The notes under the pieces: generated by a model
The model's database searches: none
What the model was told of the DNA's origin: nothing
Seen by the model: the letters and a program-made list of their open reading frames with translations, nothing else
DNA from: Octopus sinensis
Taxonomy: Eukaryota
Assembly: GCF_006345805.1 (NCBI RefSeq)
Contig: NC_043013.1
Coordinates: 26,722,001-26,786,000, forward strand
Direction of reading: 5' to 3'
Length of the DNA: 64,000 bases
Translations under genes and position numbers: made by a program
Shown: positions 50,080 to 63,201 of the stretch, piece after piece
Numbering within the stretch: position 1 is the first letter of the stretch
Layout of the letters: every line of letters starts with the position of its first letter

Positions 50080-50400
50080 CCTCGGAACTTTCCAGGATGT
50101 AATGTATCCCCATCCTTGGAACTTTCCAGGAAGTAAATCCTCCCCTCCTCAGAACTTTCCAGGAAGCAATTATTCCCCCTCCTAGGAGCTTTCCAGTCAT
50201 CGGGATTTTACAGGAAGTCCCACCCTCCGAACTTTCCATATAATCCCCAGAACATTCCACAGAATCCTCAGAACTTTCCAGGAAGTCCTCAGAATTTTCC
50301 AGGAAGTCCCATCCTTGGAACTGCCCACGAAATCCTCGGAACTTTCCAGAAAGTTCCATCCTCGGAACTTTGTCTGATTCATCTGCTTTCCTGTTTCCCT
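50080..50400. repeat. Minisatellite with GGAACTTTCCAGGA core
   Basis: About 9 variants of (c/g)gaactttccag; accounts for ORF 49946-50521. Confidence 0.85.
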
Positions 50401-50879
50401 TACAAACACCATCCACTTCAAGAGTGTAGTGGGTGCATTTTACGTGCCATTGGCACAGGAGCCAGTCTGGGGCACTGGCATCAATCACACTCAAATTGTG
50501 CTTTTTATGTACCACCAGCATGGGAGCCAGTCAGGGAGCACTGGTATCAATCATGAGGATATGCTGTTGGGGAGAGATTCAACAGGGTCATATTGTGCAG
50601 GTAGGTTTATGAGGGAAAGTGGGAGATAGAAGAGAGGAGAATACAATAGGTGGTGAACTTGGGAGGGGTAAGTGGGGAGGTGTTCGGAAGATAGGTTGTG
50701 GAGGAGGGGTTTGTCAGGAACATGGGCATGGACATAAGGCTCATGTCTTTATGGTCTTGATTTTACTTACCTGAATGGATCTTCCCAAGCATGGTGGGCT
50801 TCTCTAAGTTTCCATCTACCAAATCCATTCACTAGTCTTTCATTGGTCCAGAGCGACAGAAGACTTGTGTGAGGAGCCA

Positions 50880-51029
50880 TTTCTTAATTACACAGCTATG
50901 TCTGCATATATATATATATTTCTTAATTACACAGCTATGTCTGCATATATATATATATATTTCTTAATTACACAGCTATGTCTGCATATATATATATATT
51001 TCTTAATTACACAGCTATGTCTGCATATA

Positions 51030-51030
<1 letters not shown>
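50880..51030. repeat. ~40-bp tandem repeat x4
   Basis: tttcttaattacacagctatgtctgc(at)n. Confidence 0.92.
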
Positions 51031-51083
<53 letters not shown>

Positions 51084-51298
51084 ATGTGTGTGTGTTTACA
51101 TGTGTGTGTGAATTAGAGATGTAAAAGCATTGAATGAACTGTCTGCTTTGGGTGTTTGGATTTCAATTTCCACCACAGCCTATTTAGGAAATAAACACTG
51201 CATTGTCTGATCCTTGGGTAAATTTAGTTGCAGAAATCAAGCTAAGTCACCAGGTTGAGTATCTTCTGTCTTTCTTTTCTACCAGTCTTGGAAGCCCT

Positions 51299-51971
51299 GG
51301 GATCTCTTCAGTTTTGCTCACAGATTTTTTTAATTACTTTTTTTTAACTAAACAGTTTGAAACTTCGTAATTACTGGTGTAATTTCTTATTCTGAACACG
51401 GTTTACTTTTAACATTTCTGACAGAATTTCGTATTTTAGGTGTCATTTCATGTTAAAGTTGTCGTATTCATGTAATTTTAACCAATCAATGATGTTTATT
51501 TAGCTGAAGAAAGCTACTATTGTATGCAATAGTAATCAAAGCCTCTTTGATTACTATTGGATACAACTTTCGATTGCCTCGTGGTACGAGTGGGGAAAAT
51601 GCAAATGTTTAAAGAGGTGATCAAAAAGCAAAAAAAAAACATGTAATATGCAACACAGGCAGTAAACAAAAATAAAATAGAATAGAGCAGTGACATTTAA
51701 TAGAGATGACCTGGAAGTTGTTGTTCTTTGATTACTCTCACAAACAGCAGCAGCAGCAGCTTTCTTCAATTGAATATACGTCACTGATTGGTTAAAAATT
51801 ACCCAAATACGACAAGTTTAACATGAAATAACTTCTAAAATACAAAATTTTGTCAAAAATGTTGAAAATAAACCTTGTTCAGCATGAGAAATTATACCAG
51901 TATACGAAGTTTCAAACTGTTTAGTTAAAAATAATAGTTTAAAAAATCTGTGAGTGAAACTGAAAAGATCC
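51299..51971. mobile_element. Fold-back element with ~200-bp imperfect inverted arms
   Basis: ctcacagattttt..aactaaacagtttgaaacttcgta vs tacgaagtttcaaactgtttagtt..aaaaatctgtgag; internal hairpin at 51520-51567. Confidence 0.8.
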
Positions 51972-52704
51972 AAGCCCTCTATAGCATTTTGGGAACTGTC
52001 CTCGATTTAGCAATAGGATACCCACTTGGGTTCTAATCATTTGTTCCTTGCAGTATTTTTTTTACCTCAATGATTATATTTCTTTCTCACTCTTTCTATG
52101 CTTTTGTCTTCTCCTGATGAAAGATTAATGTCTGAAGCATCAACACATATTTACTTCTCATTAAAGCTTTAAACTAATATCCTATTTGTCAAACTTTGTT
52201 CCACCTGTGTCGTCCTATTTTTTGTTCATTGGATTTTCATAATACTTACACACACGTACAGACACCCATATGTGCACATGTGCATGTGTGCATTTATGTG
52301 TGTGTGTGTGAACTTAGGGTCAGGCAGTACACAGTGTACAGGCATCAGGTGTACTCTCCCAAAGGTACACCAATTATAACATGCAAAATCAAAGAATTCA
52401 TAAAATACATCTCTCCTCCAAAGACGGAAAGATAAAAATAATATATATATATATACACACACACATCTACATCTATATACCTATATATGTGTGTACATAT
52501 GTATATGCATATACACACATTCACACATCTACGTACCTACATACATATACATTTATACATCTACATACATATATATAGATACACGTATGTACACACTCAC
52601 ATATACATGTATATATTATATAAATATAATGTATATATATATATATGCATATATATATATGTATATATATATATGCATATATATGTATATATACATATAC
52701 ATAT

Positions 52705-52764
<60 letters not shown>

Positions 52765-53219
52765 GTATATATACATATATATATAAAACATAATATAAAA
52801 ATATAGAGAAGGAAGCAGAGGTATTAGTCATTGTGTGTTCTGGTTTATTTATTTATTAGTTTTAAGCAGGATTGGTTAATTTAAAATTTCTTAAAAATGA
52901 TTAGATTTCTCTAACGAGCACAGTTAATAGATTCCTTTAGGATAAACAGTTTGATTTTGAATCCTCATCCATTCAGAGTAAAGTAATCAACAGAAAATTC
53001 CACATACAGTTATTTTAAGCAGCTACATGAATTATCCTTACTATTGGTCAAATTGTTCCCAAAGAATCAGAGAATAAGAGGAGGAAAGAAGCTGGAGGAG
53101 GAAGAAGAAGAGAGAAAGAAAGACAGAAAGAAAGAAAGAAAAGGGCACTGATCTGATCTTTGTATATGTATGTACATACATATATATATATGTATATACA
53201 TACATATATATGTGTGTGT

Positions 53220-53260
<41 letters not shown>

Positions 53261-53594
53261 TGTGTGTATACGATGATGCATTCATAGAAATTTGTCTTTT
53301 AGAAGATAACATTAAGGTAACCATGGAAACACTGTTTTTTGCACTTAAAGATTTATTTTTAGATTTCTTTTTTGTGTGTGTATGTATGCACAATTTATAC
53401 AGCACAATACAGAATATTTAAATATTTGCCCTTGCATGCTCATAGCCTCTATCCCTTTAAGTATTCTATTAACAATGGGATTATTTCCATTTAATTATTG
53501 GCAATTTTGATTTTTTCCCCCAACACAATTTACAGATTTTATTTCCATGTATACACACACACACAAACACACATGCACATACATATATATTTCT

Positions 53595-53818
53595 TTACTA
53601 CCCACAAGGGGCTATACACAGAGAGGACAGACAAGGACAGACAAACGGATTAAGTCGATTATATCGACCCCAGTGCGTAACTGGTACTTAATTTATCAAC
53701 CCCGAAAGGATGAAAGGCAAAGTCGACCTCTGCGGAATTTGAACTCAGAACGTAACGGCAGACGAAATACGGCTGAGCATTTCGCCCAGCGTGCTAATGT
53801 TTCTGCCAGCTCGCCACC
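53595..53818 (-). mobile_element. SINE family B
   Basis: Well-preserved reverse copy. Confidence 0.85.
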
Positions 53819-53834
53819 ATACATATAGATATAG

Positions 53835-53955
53835 GTGTGGCTGTGTGGTTAACAAACTTGCTTTCTAGCCATGTGATCTTGGGTTCGGTCCCACTGTGCA
53901 ACACCTTGTCAAAGTGCTCTAAGTAAATTTGCTTCAGAGAAAATGAAAGACGCCT
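53835..53955 (+). mobile_element. SINE family A
   Basis: gtggctgtgtggttaac..gggttcggtcccactg. Confidence 0.68.
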
Positions 53956-54345
53956 GTTGTGTGTGTATATGTGTATGTGTGTGTGTATGTGTGTGTGTGT
54001 ATGTGTGTGCATGTGTGTGTGCATGCGTTTGTGTTTGTGTGTGTGGATGTAGGGTATTATATGTTTGGTGTTTATACCCTTATCTAGGCATAATGTCATT
54101 GCTGTAAATGAGCATCATTGTCATACAAGCAAGGTTGTTCATTTCCAGTCTTCCATGAAAAACATATCTAGTCCTGAGGAAATATTAACTTATTGGAAAC
54201 AAAAGAGGTTTGGTGATAGGAAGAGTACCCAGCTGTAGAAAATCTGTCTCAACAGATTTCATCTCATCCATGCAAGCATCAAAAAGATGTTAAATGATGA
54301 TGATAACATGTGTATATATATATATATACACACATACACACATAC

Positions 54346-54398
<53 letters not shown>

Positions 54399-54405
54399 CA
54401 CATAT

Positions 54406-54523
<118 letters not shown>

Positions 54524-54581
54524 TGCATACATATATATCAAATAAAGTTAATCCTCACATCAAAGTGGCTGTTCCCTTTTG

Positions 54582-54819
54582 CTACTAGTTTTACCCCAGG
54601 GAGATCTTCTGCCAGCTGGTTATTGGAGTGACACTACACTCTGTATATACATATATATTGCTAGCAGGATCGTGAGACTGACTCAACTTCACGATCCTGT
54701 TGTTTGCTAGAGGAGGGTAAAGGTTTACTCCCCCTACTGGCAATATATATGTATTTTCAGGGTGCATCACTGCACTGATAACCAGCTGGCAGAAGATCTG
54801 CCTGGGGTTAAACTAGTAG
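54582..54819. mobile_element. Palindromic MITE-like element (238 bp)
   Basis: CTACTAGTTTTACCCCAGGGAGATCTTCTGCCAGCTGGTTAT / ATAACCAGCTGGCAGAAGATCTGCCTGGGGTTAAACTAGTAG; nested inner inverted repeats. Confidence 0.8.
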
Positions 54820-55002
54820 TAACATGGCACAGCCACACTGATGGGGAAATGAACTTTGATTACTAGTATATTTACAACTCTGATCTCTTCCTGAGATTTT
54901 ACAACTATTTTGCTCATATGTATGTGTGTGTGACCTTGTTTGTACCGTTGGCGATTTTTTTTTTCTCTGTCTTCCCTTCTCTGGATCTTTCCTTCTCCTA
55001 TT

Positions 55003-55035
55003 TTTCCGACGAAGAGCTCCACTCGAAACGTTAAA
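55003..55035 (+). ncRNA. Degenerate hammerhead (CCGACGA core)
   Basis: UUU-CCGACGA-A-GAG cucca CUC-GAAA-CG-UU-AAA; same architecture as 37901-37934. Confidence 0.5.
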
Positions 55036-55136
55036 CCCTCCTTCTTTCCTTCTTTCCCGAGCATCCAGTAATACTATATTTGTTCCACGTCCTCGCATTG
55101 TTGTGTTTTTTTGTGCTTTCTTGTTTGGATTAACTT

Positions 55137-55183
<47 letters not shown>

Positions 55184-55184
55184 C

Positions 55185-56105
55185 ACCTGCAGAGGTAGGA
55201 GCTCTCTGAACTTTGCCCAGGCTATTCCTATTCTAGCAGCTACATTTTCAGAGTATCCACCCCCACTACTGACTTGGTCACCTAAGCTCTCAACTACTTC
55301 TTGTTTTTCCCCTTGGAATGTGACGGAAGCTGTTCTCTGCACATTTCCAGTGTTTATTGCTCCTGAGTATTTGCCACACACAAAAACTATCTTCCCAGTT
55401 AGCCTTCCTTTGATACACTGGGTACATCTTATAGAGTTTCTACCTATGCCTTTTCTACAGATCGAGCAGGGCCATCTACCTGAAGGGATTTGTAGTTTGT
55501 CTGCCTTCCTACTTATTAAGACTTTGGTTTTTGTTAGGGTAACTCTAAGGCCCTTCGATTCTAATTCTTGCTTCCACACCTGAAACTTCTCTTCTAGTTC
55601 TGATAGTGACTCAGCAATTAGAGCAAGGTCATCAGTATAGAGAAGCTCCCAGGGGCATCCTGTCTTGAATTCCTCTGTTATTGCCTGAAGAATTATGATG
55701 AATAAGAGGGGGCTGAGAACTGATCCTTGGCAGACCCCTACCCCTACCTGGAATTCTTCACTGTACTTGTTGCCAACCCTCACCTTACTGACGGCACCCC
55801 TGTACATGATTTGGACAACTCTCACTAACCACTCATCTATCCCTAATTTCCTCATTGACCACCAGATAAGGGATTGGGGGACCCTGTCAAAGGCTTTCTC
55901 CATGTCAACAAAAGCCAGGTACATAGGTTTATCTTTAGCTAGGTATTTCTCCTGCAGCTGTCCTACTAAAAATATAGCATCAGTGGTGCTATTCCCTGAC
56001 ACAAACCCAAACCACATCTCATCTGGTCTGACCCTCTCCCTAATTAGTTGGGCTATCATACTCTCTGTGACTTTCATTACCTGATCCAACAACTTGATAC
56101 CTCTG
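55185..56105 (-). pseudogene. RTE-clade LINE reverse transcriptase fragment (~300 codons open)
   Basis: FGFVSGNSTTDAIF..LQEKY..AFVDMEKAFDRVP..GVCQGSVLSPLLF..ELLYTDDL..GLRVTLTKTKVL..WPCSICRKG. Confidence 0.92.
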
Positions 56106-56258
56106 CAATTATATATATATATATATATATAAGTTCAGCAAAATTTAGATTCAAATGAATATCGTACTTAAGTTAGATGCACCAGAATTCTGTATGTTGT
56201 TATCCATATAAATCCATGGGGTGATTATAATCAAAATAAGCAACAAGAATAACTCTGG

Positions 56259-56289
<31 letters not shown>

Positions 56290-56914
56290 TGTATGTATGT
56301 ATTTATGTATGTATGTATGTATGTGTACATGTTTGTGTGTCTGTGTTTGTCCCTCTGCCATCACTTGACAACCAATAAAGCATGAACGAAATCTTTATTC
56401 CTAAACCTCTTTTGCAACCTCTTCTTGTCCTAATAATTACTTGTTACTGTTCACTACTGCAAGGAGTGATAGTTATGTATAACCAACAAATATTTCGTTA
56501 GCTTGCAGGGTCTTAATTACAAGTCCTTTTTGTCTTGTACAGTTTAAGGGATCAATGAGATCTGCCATGTTGACCTGCCAGACATACATTAAATATCAAG
56601 GAAATTTTCAGAGATATCCCTGCAACTGAACTCGTTATGGAACTCACTGTTATTAATTAATTAATTATTATTCATATAAAATGTTTTGTTTTTCAAATGT
56701 TTTTCTCTTTCCTAAATATTTTCCCCTTTTTTCATCAATCCATTAGATGATGTTTTCAAAGGAAAGGAAAAAATGGTTTCTTTTCTAACTCAGCATACAC
56801 AGCCAATGTTTATTATTATTATTATCATCACCACCATCACCACCACCACCACCATCACCACCACCACCACCATCACCACCACCACCACCACCACCATTAT
56901 TATTATTATTATTA

Positions 56915-56970
<56 letters not shown>

Positions 56971-57329
56971 GGATGGTAAAATGGGCATTAATGGTGTAAC
57001 AAAGTGAAATGGCTTTAACATGCTATGGTTTCAGCTTGAGGGGATCTTATATCTTCCTCTCACTAATTCATTCACGAAATTAAAGAAGAGAAAACAGTTT
57101 TAAAAAAAGTTCATCTCCATAGAGAGAAAAGGAAAAGAAGAAGAGGAAGGAGAGAGGGGGAGAAAAGAGAGAAGATATAGAGAGGAAGGTGAGAAATAGA
57201 GGAAGGAAAAACTACAGTAGAGTACAGGAGAGTAAGGTAGATAGATACATAGATTGACAGAGAGAGAATGAAAGAGATAGAGAGAAAAAAGTTAGAGTGA
57301 GAAAGAGCGATAGAAAGAGAGCAAGAGAA

Positions 57330-57374
57330 AGAAAGAAAGAAAGAAAGAAGAAAAGAAAGAAAGGAAGGAAGGAA

Positions 57375-57428
<54 letters not shown>

Positions 57429-57795
57429 AAAGACAATTTAACCTTGATAGTTTGAAGTTACATAACAGCTAACATTAATTCACATTTCTTAATCTGTCTA
57501 TGTCTTTTCTTTCATATTTTCTCTTCCTACTTCAGGTTGGATGGATCCACACAATCAACTCATCACTCCACCCCACTCTCCCTCTCTCTCTCCGTCTCTC
57601 TCCATCTCTCTGTGAATCAGAGAAAGTGAGGAAGAGAGGTAGATAATATATTGCAGGTTTTGTCTGTCCATGGGAAGAAAGGATAGGGAAATATAGTTAT
57701 AGCCAGCTATCTAATTATCTGGCAATATCTTTGAATAGACAGAGGTGCCAATAGAAAGAGAGAGAAGGACTAGTAGATGGATAGATAGATAGATA

Positions 57796-57839
<44 letters not shown>

Positions 57840-57873
57840 GACAGACAGACAGACAGACAGATAGATAGATAGG

Positions 57874-57915
<42 letters not shown>

Positions 57916-58110
57916 TAGATAGACAGGTGGACATTTAGACAGAGAGGTAGTGACTGAGAGACAGTGACAGACAGAAACCATGAGAGAGAGGAGGGGAGAG
58001 AGAGAGGGAGGGAGGGAGAGAGAGAGGGAGGGAGAGAGAGAGAGAGGGAGGGAGAGAGAGAGAGAGGGAGGGAGGGAGAGAGAGAGGGAGGGAGGGAGAG
58101 AGAGAGAGTC
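57330..58110. repeat. Purine-rich (GAAA)n/(GA)n/(GACA)n/(GAGG)n microsatellite blocks
   Basis: Direct inspection of 57330-57432 and 57775-58110. Confidence 0.9.
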
Positions 58111-58505
58111 ACACAATGACTAAGAGAAAAAGATAGTGACAGAGACAGTTAGAAAGTGATGTGTTTTAAGCAAGGTAGCATGTTGAAAGTCAAGACAAGC
58201 TCCAACACAATTTGCCAATTATAGGTAAAAAAAAAAAAAGAAAAAAAAGAAAAAAAACTCTCTCCGAAATAGAGAGACACCAGAATGTTAGTGTATTGGA
58301 AGGAAATCCTGCTCAATTTAGGTTGAACCAATAGTAGTACACCTCACCTACACACCTTATCTTATCAATAGCTACTCCAGACATAATAACTATATGTGTT
58401 GACTGGATAACTTGGAGAAATAGAACAATAGATATTTGAAGAACCAAATTTGAGCCAGAAAAGAGAAACCAGTCCTTCAATGAAACAAAAGCCACATGTT
58501 TACTT

Positions 58506-58552
<47 letters not shown>

Positions 58553-58769
58553 GCTACTGCTGCTGCTGTTGTTGTTATTCCTCTGGCTGGGTGACAGTCT
58601 TACCAGCTATACTACAGAGCATCTGACATGGAATCATTCTTAGATTAGATCCAATAAAATTGTCCCTGCTATTTTAACTGTACGGGTTTTATCTCCACAA
58701 GATCGTTCGTTTTGCTCTTAGCACTAGCAGGATAAACATGGTTCAGGAATTGGTGTCCTGTGGCAGTTG

Positions 58770-58807
<38 letters not shown>

Positions 58808-59910
58808 TCTCTCTGCTATACTCCCTCACTCTCTCTCTCCCTTGCTCTCTCTCTCTCCTACTCTTTCACCTCTCTTTATCTCTCTCTCCCTCACCTCCTC
58901 TCTCTCTTCTGCTGTTCATAATATCTAATATTATCTACATGGAAATCTTAGATTTTTTTTTTTATGAGTCAGGGACGGAAAAACAGCTTCCATGAGATCC
59001 CCTCATTATTTTCATTTTTTTTTGTTGTTGTTTTTCTTTAGGAGCTTTTTTAAAGACTGAACAAAGGAAGGGAGAATTATCCTCAAAAATGGAAATCTGA
59101 CCTAAATGTTTGCAACAGAGTGGAGTTTGCTCATTTCGACACAAACCTCCTGTTTTAATGAGATCCAAATTAAAACTTCCATAAAAGTTCTGTATTTATA
59201 TTCTGAATATAATTCTAATAATGACAACATTATTTTACTAAATTCTTTATTATTTTGAAATTAATTTAAACAAAAGCAGAGTATTTCAACAGAAATATGG
59301 TAACAAAAAGATGAAAGTGATCTAAATTAAAGCATGGATAATTTTGGGGCAAGGTTAGTCGATTGCTTTGACCCTGGAGCTCAACAGGTATATGTTTTAT
59401 TGACCCTGAGAGGATGAAAAGCAAAGTTGTGCTTTGCATAATTTGAACTAAGAACATAGAGACTGACAAAATGCTGAGAGAGAGAGAGAGAGAGAGAAAG
59501 GGTTCAACCATCACCAGTTGACTCAGAGAAGGAGTCTCAATGTAGCTGCTTGACCTGCATGAAGTAGCAGCTTTGTTTGCCTACAATCGCTCTCTGACAT
59601 CTTAAAATGTAAAACGACTTAACACAGACAATAGAATTAAAGATATCCAACAACAACAAAACAAAATTAACATGATGGTCAAAGCTTGAATGTCTTTGAT
59701 CATGGACTTTAAACAACAACCATCATAAAACAATTAAACTGTTTAAAAGTAGAGTTATGTTGTCTTGCTCAAGATCACTTTGCAATCATTTGAATTCCAG
59801 TTGTGCATCATGTATATGTATGTATGTATGTATGTGTGTGTGTATGTATGTATGTATGTGTGTGTGTATGTATGTATGTATGTATGTATGTATGTATGTA
59901 TGTGTGTGTG

Positions 59911-60070
59911 TATACTTTATTTGTAGGTCAACAAGGTTACCAATGGTTTCTATATGTGTGTGTGTGTGTGTGTGTATGTGTGTGTGTATGTGTGTGTGTA
60001 TGTGTGTATGTATGTGTGTGTGTGTGTGTGTATACTTTATTTGTAGGTCAACAAGGTTACCAATGGTTTC

Positions 60071-60101
<31 letters not shown>

Positions 60102-60534
60102 GTGTGTAGGTACAAAGACCCAGTGGTTAGAGCAGTGGACTTACAGTCATAGGATCATGGTTTCGATTCCCAGACCAAGTGCTGTGAGTGTTTATTGGGC
60201 GAAAAAACCTAAAGCTCCATGAGGCTCTGGTGGAAGTGGGGTAGCAAACCCTGCAGTACTCTTTCACCACATTTTTCTCTCACTCTTTCTTTCTGTTTCT
60301 GTTGTACCTGTATTTTAAAGGGCCATCCTTATAACACTGTGTGTCATACTGAATCTCCCCGAAAACTACATTAAGGGTACACGTCTCTGTGGAGTGCTCA
60401 GCCACTTGCACATTAATTTCACGAGGAGGCTGTTCCATTGATTGGATCAACTGGAACCCTCATCGTTGCAACCGATGGAATGGCACAATATATATAAACT
60501 TTATTTGTAGGTCAACAAGGTTACCAATGGTTTC
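59911..60534. repeat. ~40-bp unit in three copies
   Basis: actttatttgtaggtcaacaaggttaccaatggtttc at ~59914, 60034 and 60498. Confidence 0.9.
60115..60485 (+). mobile_element. tRNA-derived E-related SINE
   Basis: cagtggttagagc A-box-like and GTTTCGATTCC B box; tail homologous to 40170-40500. Confidence 0.75.
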
Positions 60535-60745
60535 ATGCAAATAGATTCATTACAATTGCTGACATGTATAACATGAAAATGTTGGTAGTTATCTCTAAAC
60601 ATACCAACATTTGCATGTGGCATGTTTGAACAATTGTAAGGAATTTTATTTTACATGTAGCCATTGATAGTCTTGTTAACCCACAAATAAAGAATATATA
60701 TCCACCAAGACAGTGTTGAGCACTCATTCTCACTGTTCAATATTA

Positions 60746-60789
<44 letters not shown>

Positions 60790-60790
<1 letters not shown>

Positions 60791-61100
60791 GGAAATACTG
60801 CTCCAACTTTGAACAGAGTATCATTGACATGTCCCTCTGTACTGACCTGGGACTCACAGTTACCAGCTCTGCCTCCATGAGAGATTACACATGTTCCTCC
60901 AACCTGAATATCCATTAACAGGAAGAATGAACTATCTTATTGTTGCTACCAGATGTATACCCTGTTAATGGACTTCAAATCACCAGCAGCTGACAATCCA
61001 CATATACCACCTTAGTCTTGCCTATTCCATGCTCAAAGCCATGCCACTTAATCCCTGCCACCCATAGAGATTACAACCCTATTCATGCTGACAATCCAAC
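60790..61100 (+). mobile_element. Old CR1/L2-type LINE fragment (post-RT region)
   Basis: Decayed DLGLTVTSS...YTTLVLP resembles DLGV...Y..LVRP.LEY. Confidence 0.38.
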
Positions 61101-61787
61101 CTAGCCCCAACAAATTTTAATCCAGCCCCAGTAAATCTGGTTAGTCCCATGGAAAGCTGTTACTGCTGTAGTGTTAATGTTCCACTAACCCATGTCAACA
61201 CCCCACTCTGCCATGTGTAGCAGCAAATGCAATGAATTAATATTACTAGATAAACCATACTACAGTCTGCTGGCATAGCAGTGACACCTACCTAACAACA
61301 TTCTGTCCAACCACATGAACCTAGAAAAGAACTGACCAATAGAAGCTTAACACCTAAAAACCATCTTGAATTTTTCTCATCCTGTTACTTGATCACCAGA
61401 TGCCTGATGAACTAAGTTCATTTGATGAACCTCTAATGGATGGCAAGGTTACGATATCAGGAGAATATCGCCTTCTTCCATTATCTCTTTTTGTTCTCCG
61501 TGTAGTTCAGGCTCTGGCAGGCGAAGAGAGAAGACTTCAAGTACAAATGCAATTTACAACTAGTTTATTTACAAGCTTCACAGGATAGGTGAAGTCTGCT
61601 GCTCTCAACAACCATCAGCTGCCGTGAGATCTCATCCAAAATGGCACTGACTGCTTGTGCCACTACAAACCTACAAAACTTTAAGTTGCATGGAGCTGAG
61701 TCAAACTGTTGTTAAATAGCATATGAAACTCCTAGCAATGTGTTGAGTGCCACTTTCATTTGTCCACTCATTTGTAGCATCTATATA

Positions 61788-62965
61788 TTAGGTTGTCACA
61801 CCTGAAATGTCGCATTTTTAATTATTTGTTATTTCAATCATTTAAAAACTCAATTATGTATATCTTTGCATTTAAGTTTGACTCTTTTTCTTTCCCAACA
61901 ATATTGATATACAAAATTTGTACCCACAGACATCATGAAAATGATAAAAACCAAACAATGTTGAGTGATTTTTTTGCATGAGTACAAACTGGGTCACTCT
62001 GTCACAGAAGCTCTATGGAATATCAAGCGGGCCTTTGGTAATGGCTTCATTGACATCAGAACTGTTCAGAGATGGTTCCAAAGATGTTGTTCAGGAGATG
62101 ATAGTCTTGAAAATAAACCAAGGTGGAGGCCAAAATCAGTTACTCAGCATGATGGATTAAATGCTTTGGTTGACTAAAATCCAAGAACAATGGTCTGAAA
62201 ACTTTCATCAGAATTCCAAACATCTCGCACAACTCTTTCTCGTTTGTTCCACATCAACTGAACGAGGTTTAAAAAAACAGGCACCTCAAAGTGTGTTCTT
62301 TATTTCTTTCTCAACTGGAACATATGATGAAAAATGGATACTCTTCGACAACAGCAGAAGTGCAGGACAGTAATTAGATGTAGGAGAGTCACCTAAACAC
62401 TACTCAAACCCATCATTGCATCCTAAAAAGTGAACGGTCACTGCATGGTGGTCTGTAAAGGGTGTTATTCATTATTCATTTTTGCAACAAGGAAAAATGG
62501 TAACAGCAACATTGTATTGCCAGGAAATTAATTGTATGCATGACAATTTAAAAAAGAAGCAGCCCAGACTAGTGAATAGAGATGGGCCAATTTTGCTCCA
62601 CAACAATGCATGCCCTCACACTCCTCAAGCTACAGTCCAAAAGTTGCAAAGCCTGAATTATAAGATTTTGCAACATCCTCCCTATTTCCCCTGATATCTC
62701 TCCTACTGATCATCACTTATTTAAGCATTTTGAGCTTTTCATAAGCAATACAATATTCTTAAATAGAGAAGAGGTAACTGAAGAATTCAGACAGTTTATC
62801 AAAGAAAAAGATGAAATTTTTTTAAAGATGGCATATATGACTTAGAGAAACGTTGGGTAAAGGTCATAAATGAACATGGATCATACTTTGATTAAATAAA
62901 TCAATTCTCTATCACTTCTGAAACATTTTATTGTTACCTTTCAAATACAATATTTGACAACCTAA
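61788..62965 (+). mobile_element. Mariner element, near full length, pseudogenised
   Basis: TA|TTAGGTTGTCA ... TGACAACCTAA|TA; HEYKLGHS..TVQRWFQRC..GDDSLE; TYDEKWILFDN; WWSVKG; LLHNNACPH; HPPYFP. Confidence 0.9.
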
Positions 62966-63093
62966 TATGTGTGTGTTTGTGTGTGTATGTGTGTATGTAT
63001 GTATGTCATCATCATCATCATTTAACTCCGTTGTCCATACTGGCATGGGTTGGACAGTTTGACAGGGCTGGCATGCTGGAAGGCTGCATCAGA

Positions 63094-63133
<40 letters not shown>

Positions 63134-63166
63134 TACAAATGAGTAGACATACACACATGCACACAT

Positions 63167-63201
<35 letters not shown>

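Noticed and set aside
50764-50775. ACTTACCTG resembling the U1 snRNA 5' end
   Set aside because: The downstream sequence does not follow U1; it leads into SINE sequence.
52110-52145. CTGATGA-A-AGA..TCT-GAAG
   Set aside because: GAAG instead of GAAA, and no stem I or III pairing.
53317-53331. RFX X-box-like GTAACCATGGAAAC (half site also at ~16698)
   Set aside because: Single motif without promoter context; it overlaps a candidate splice donor.
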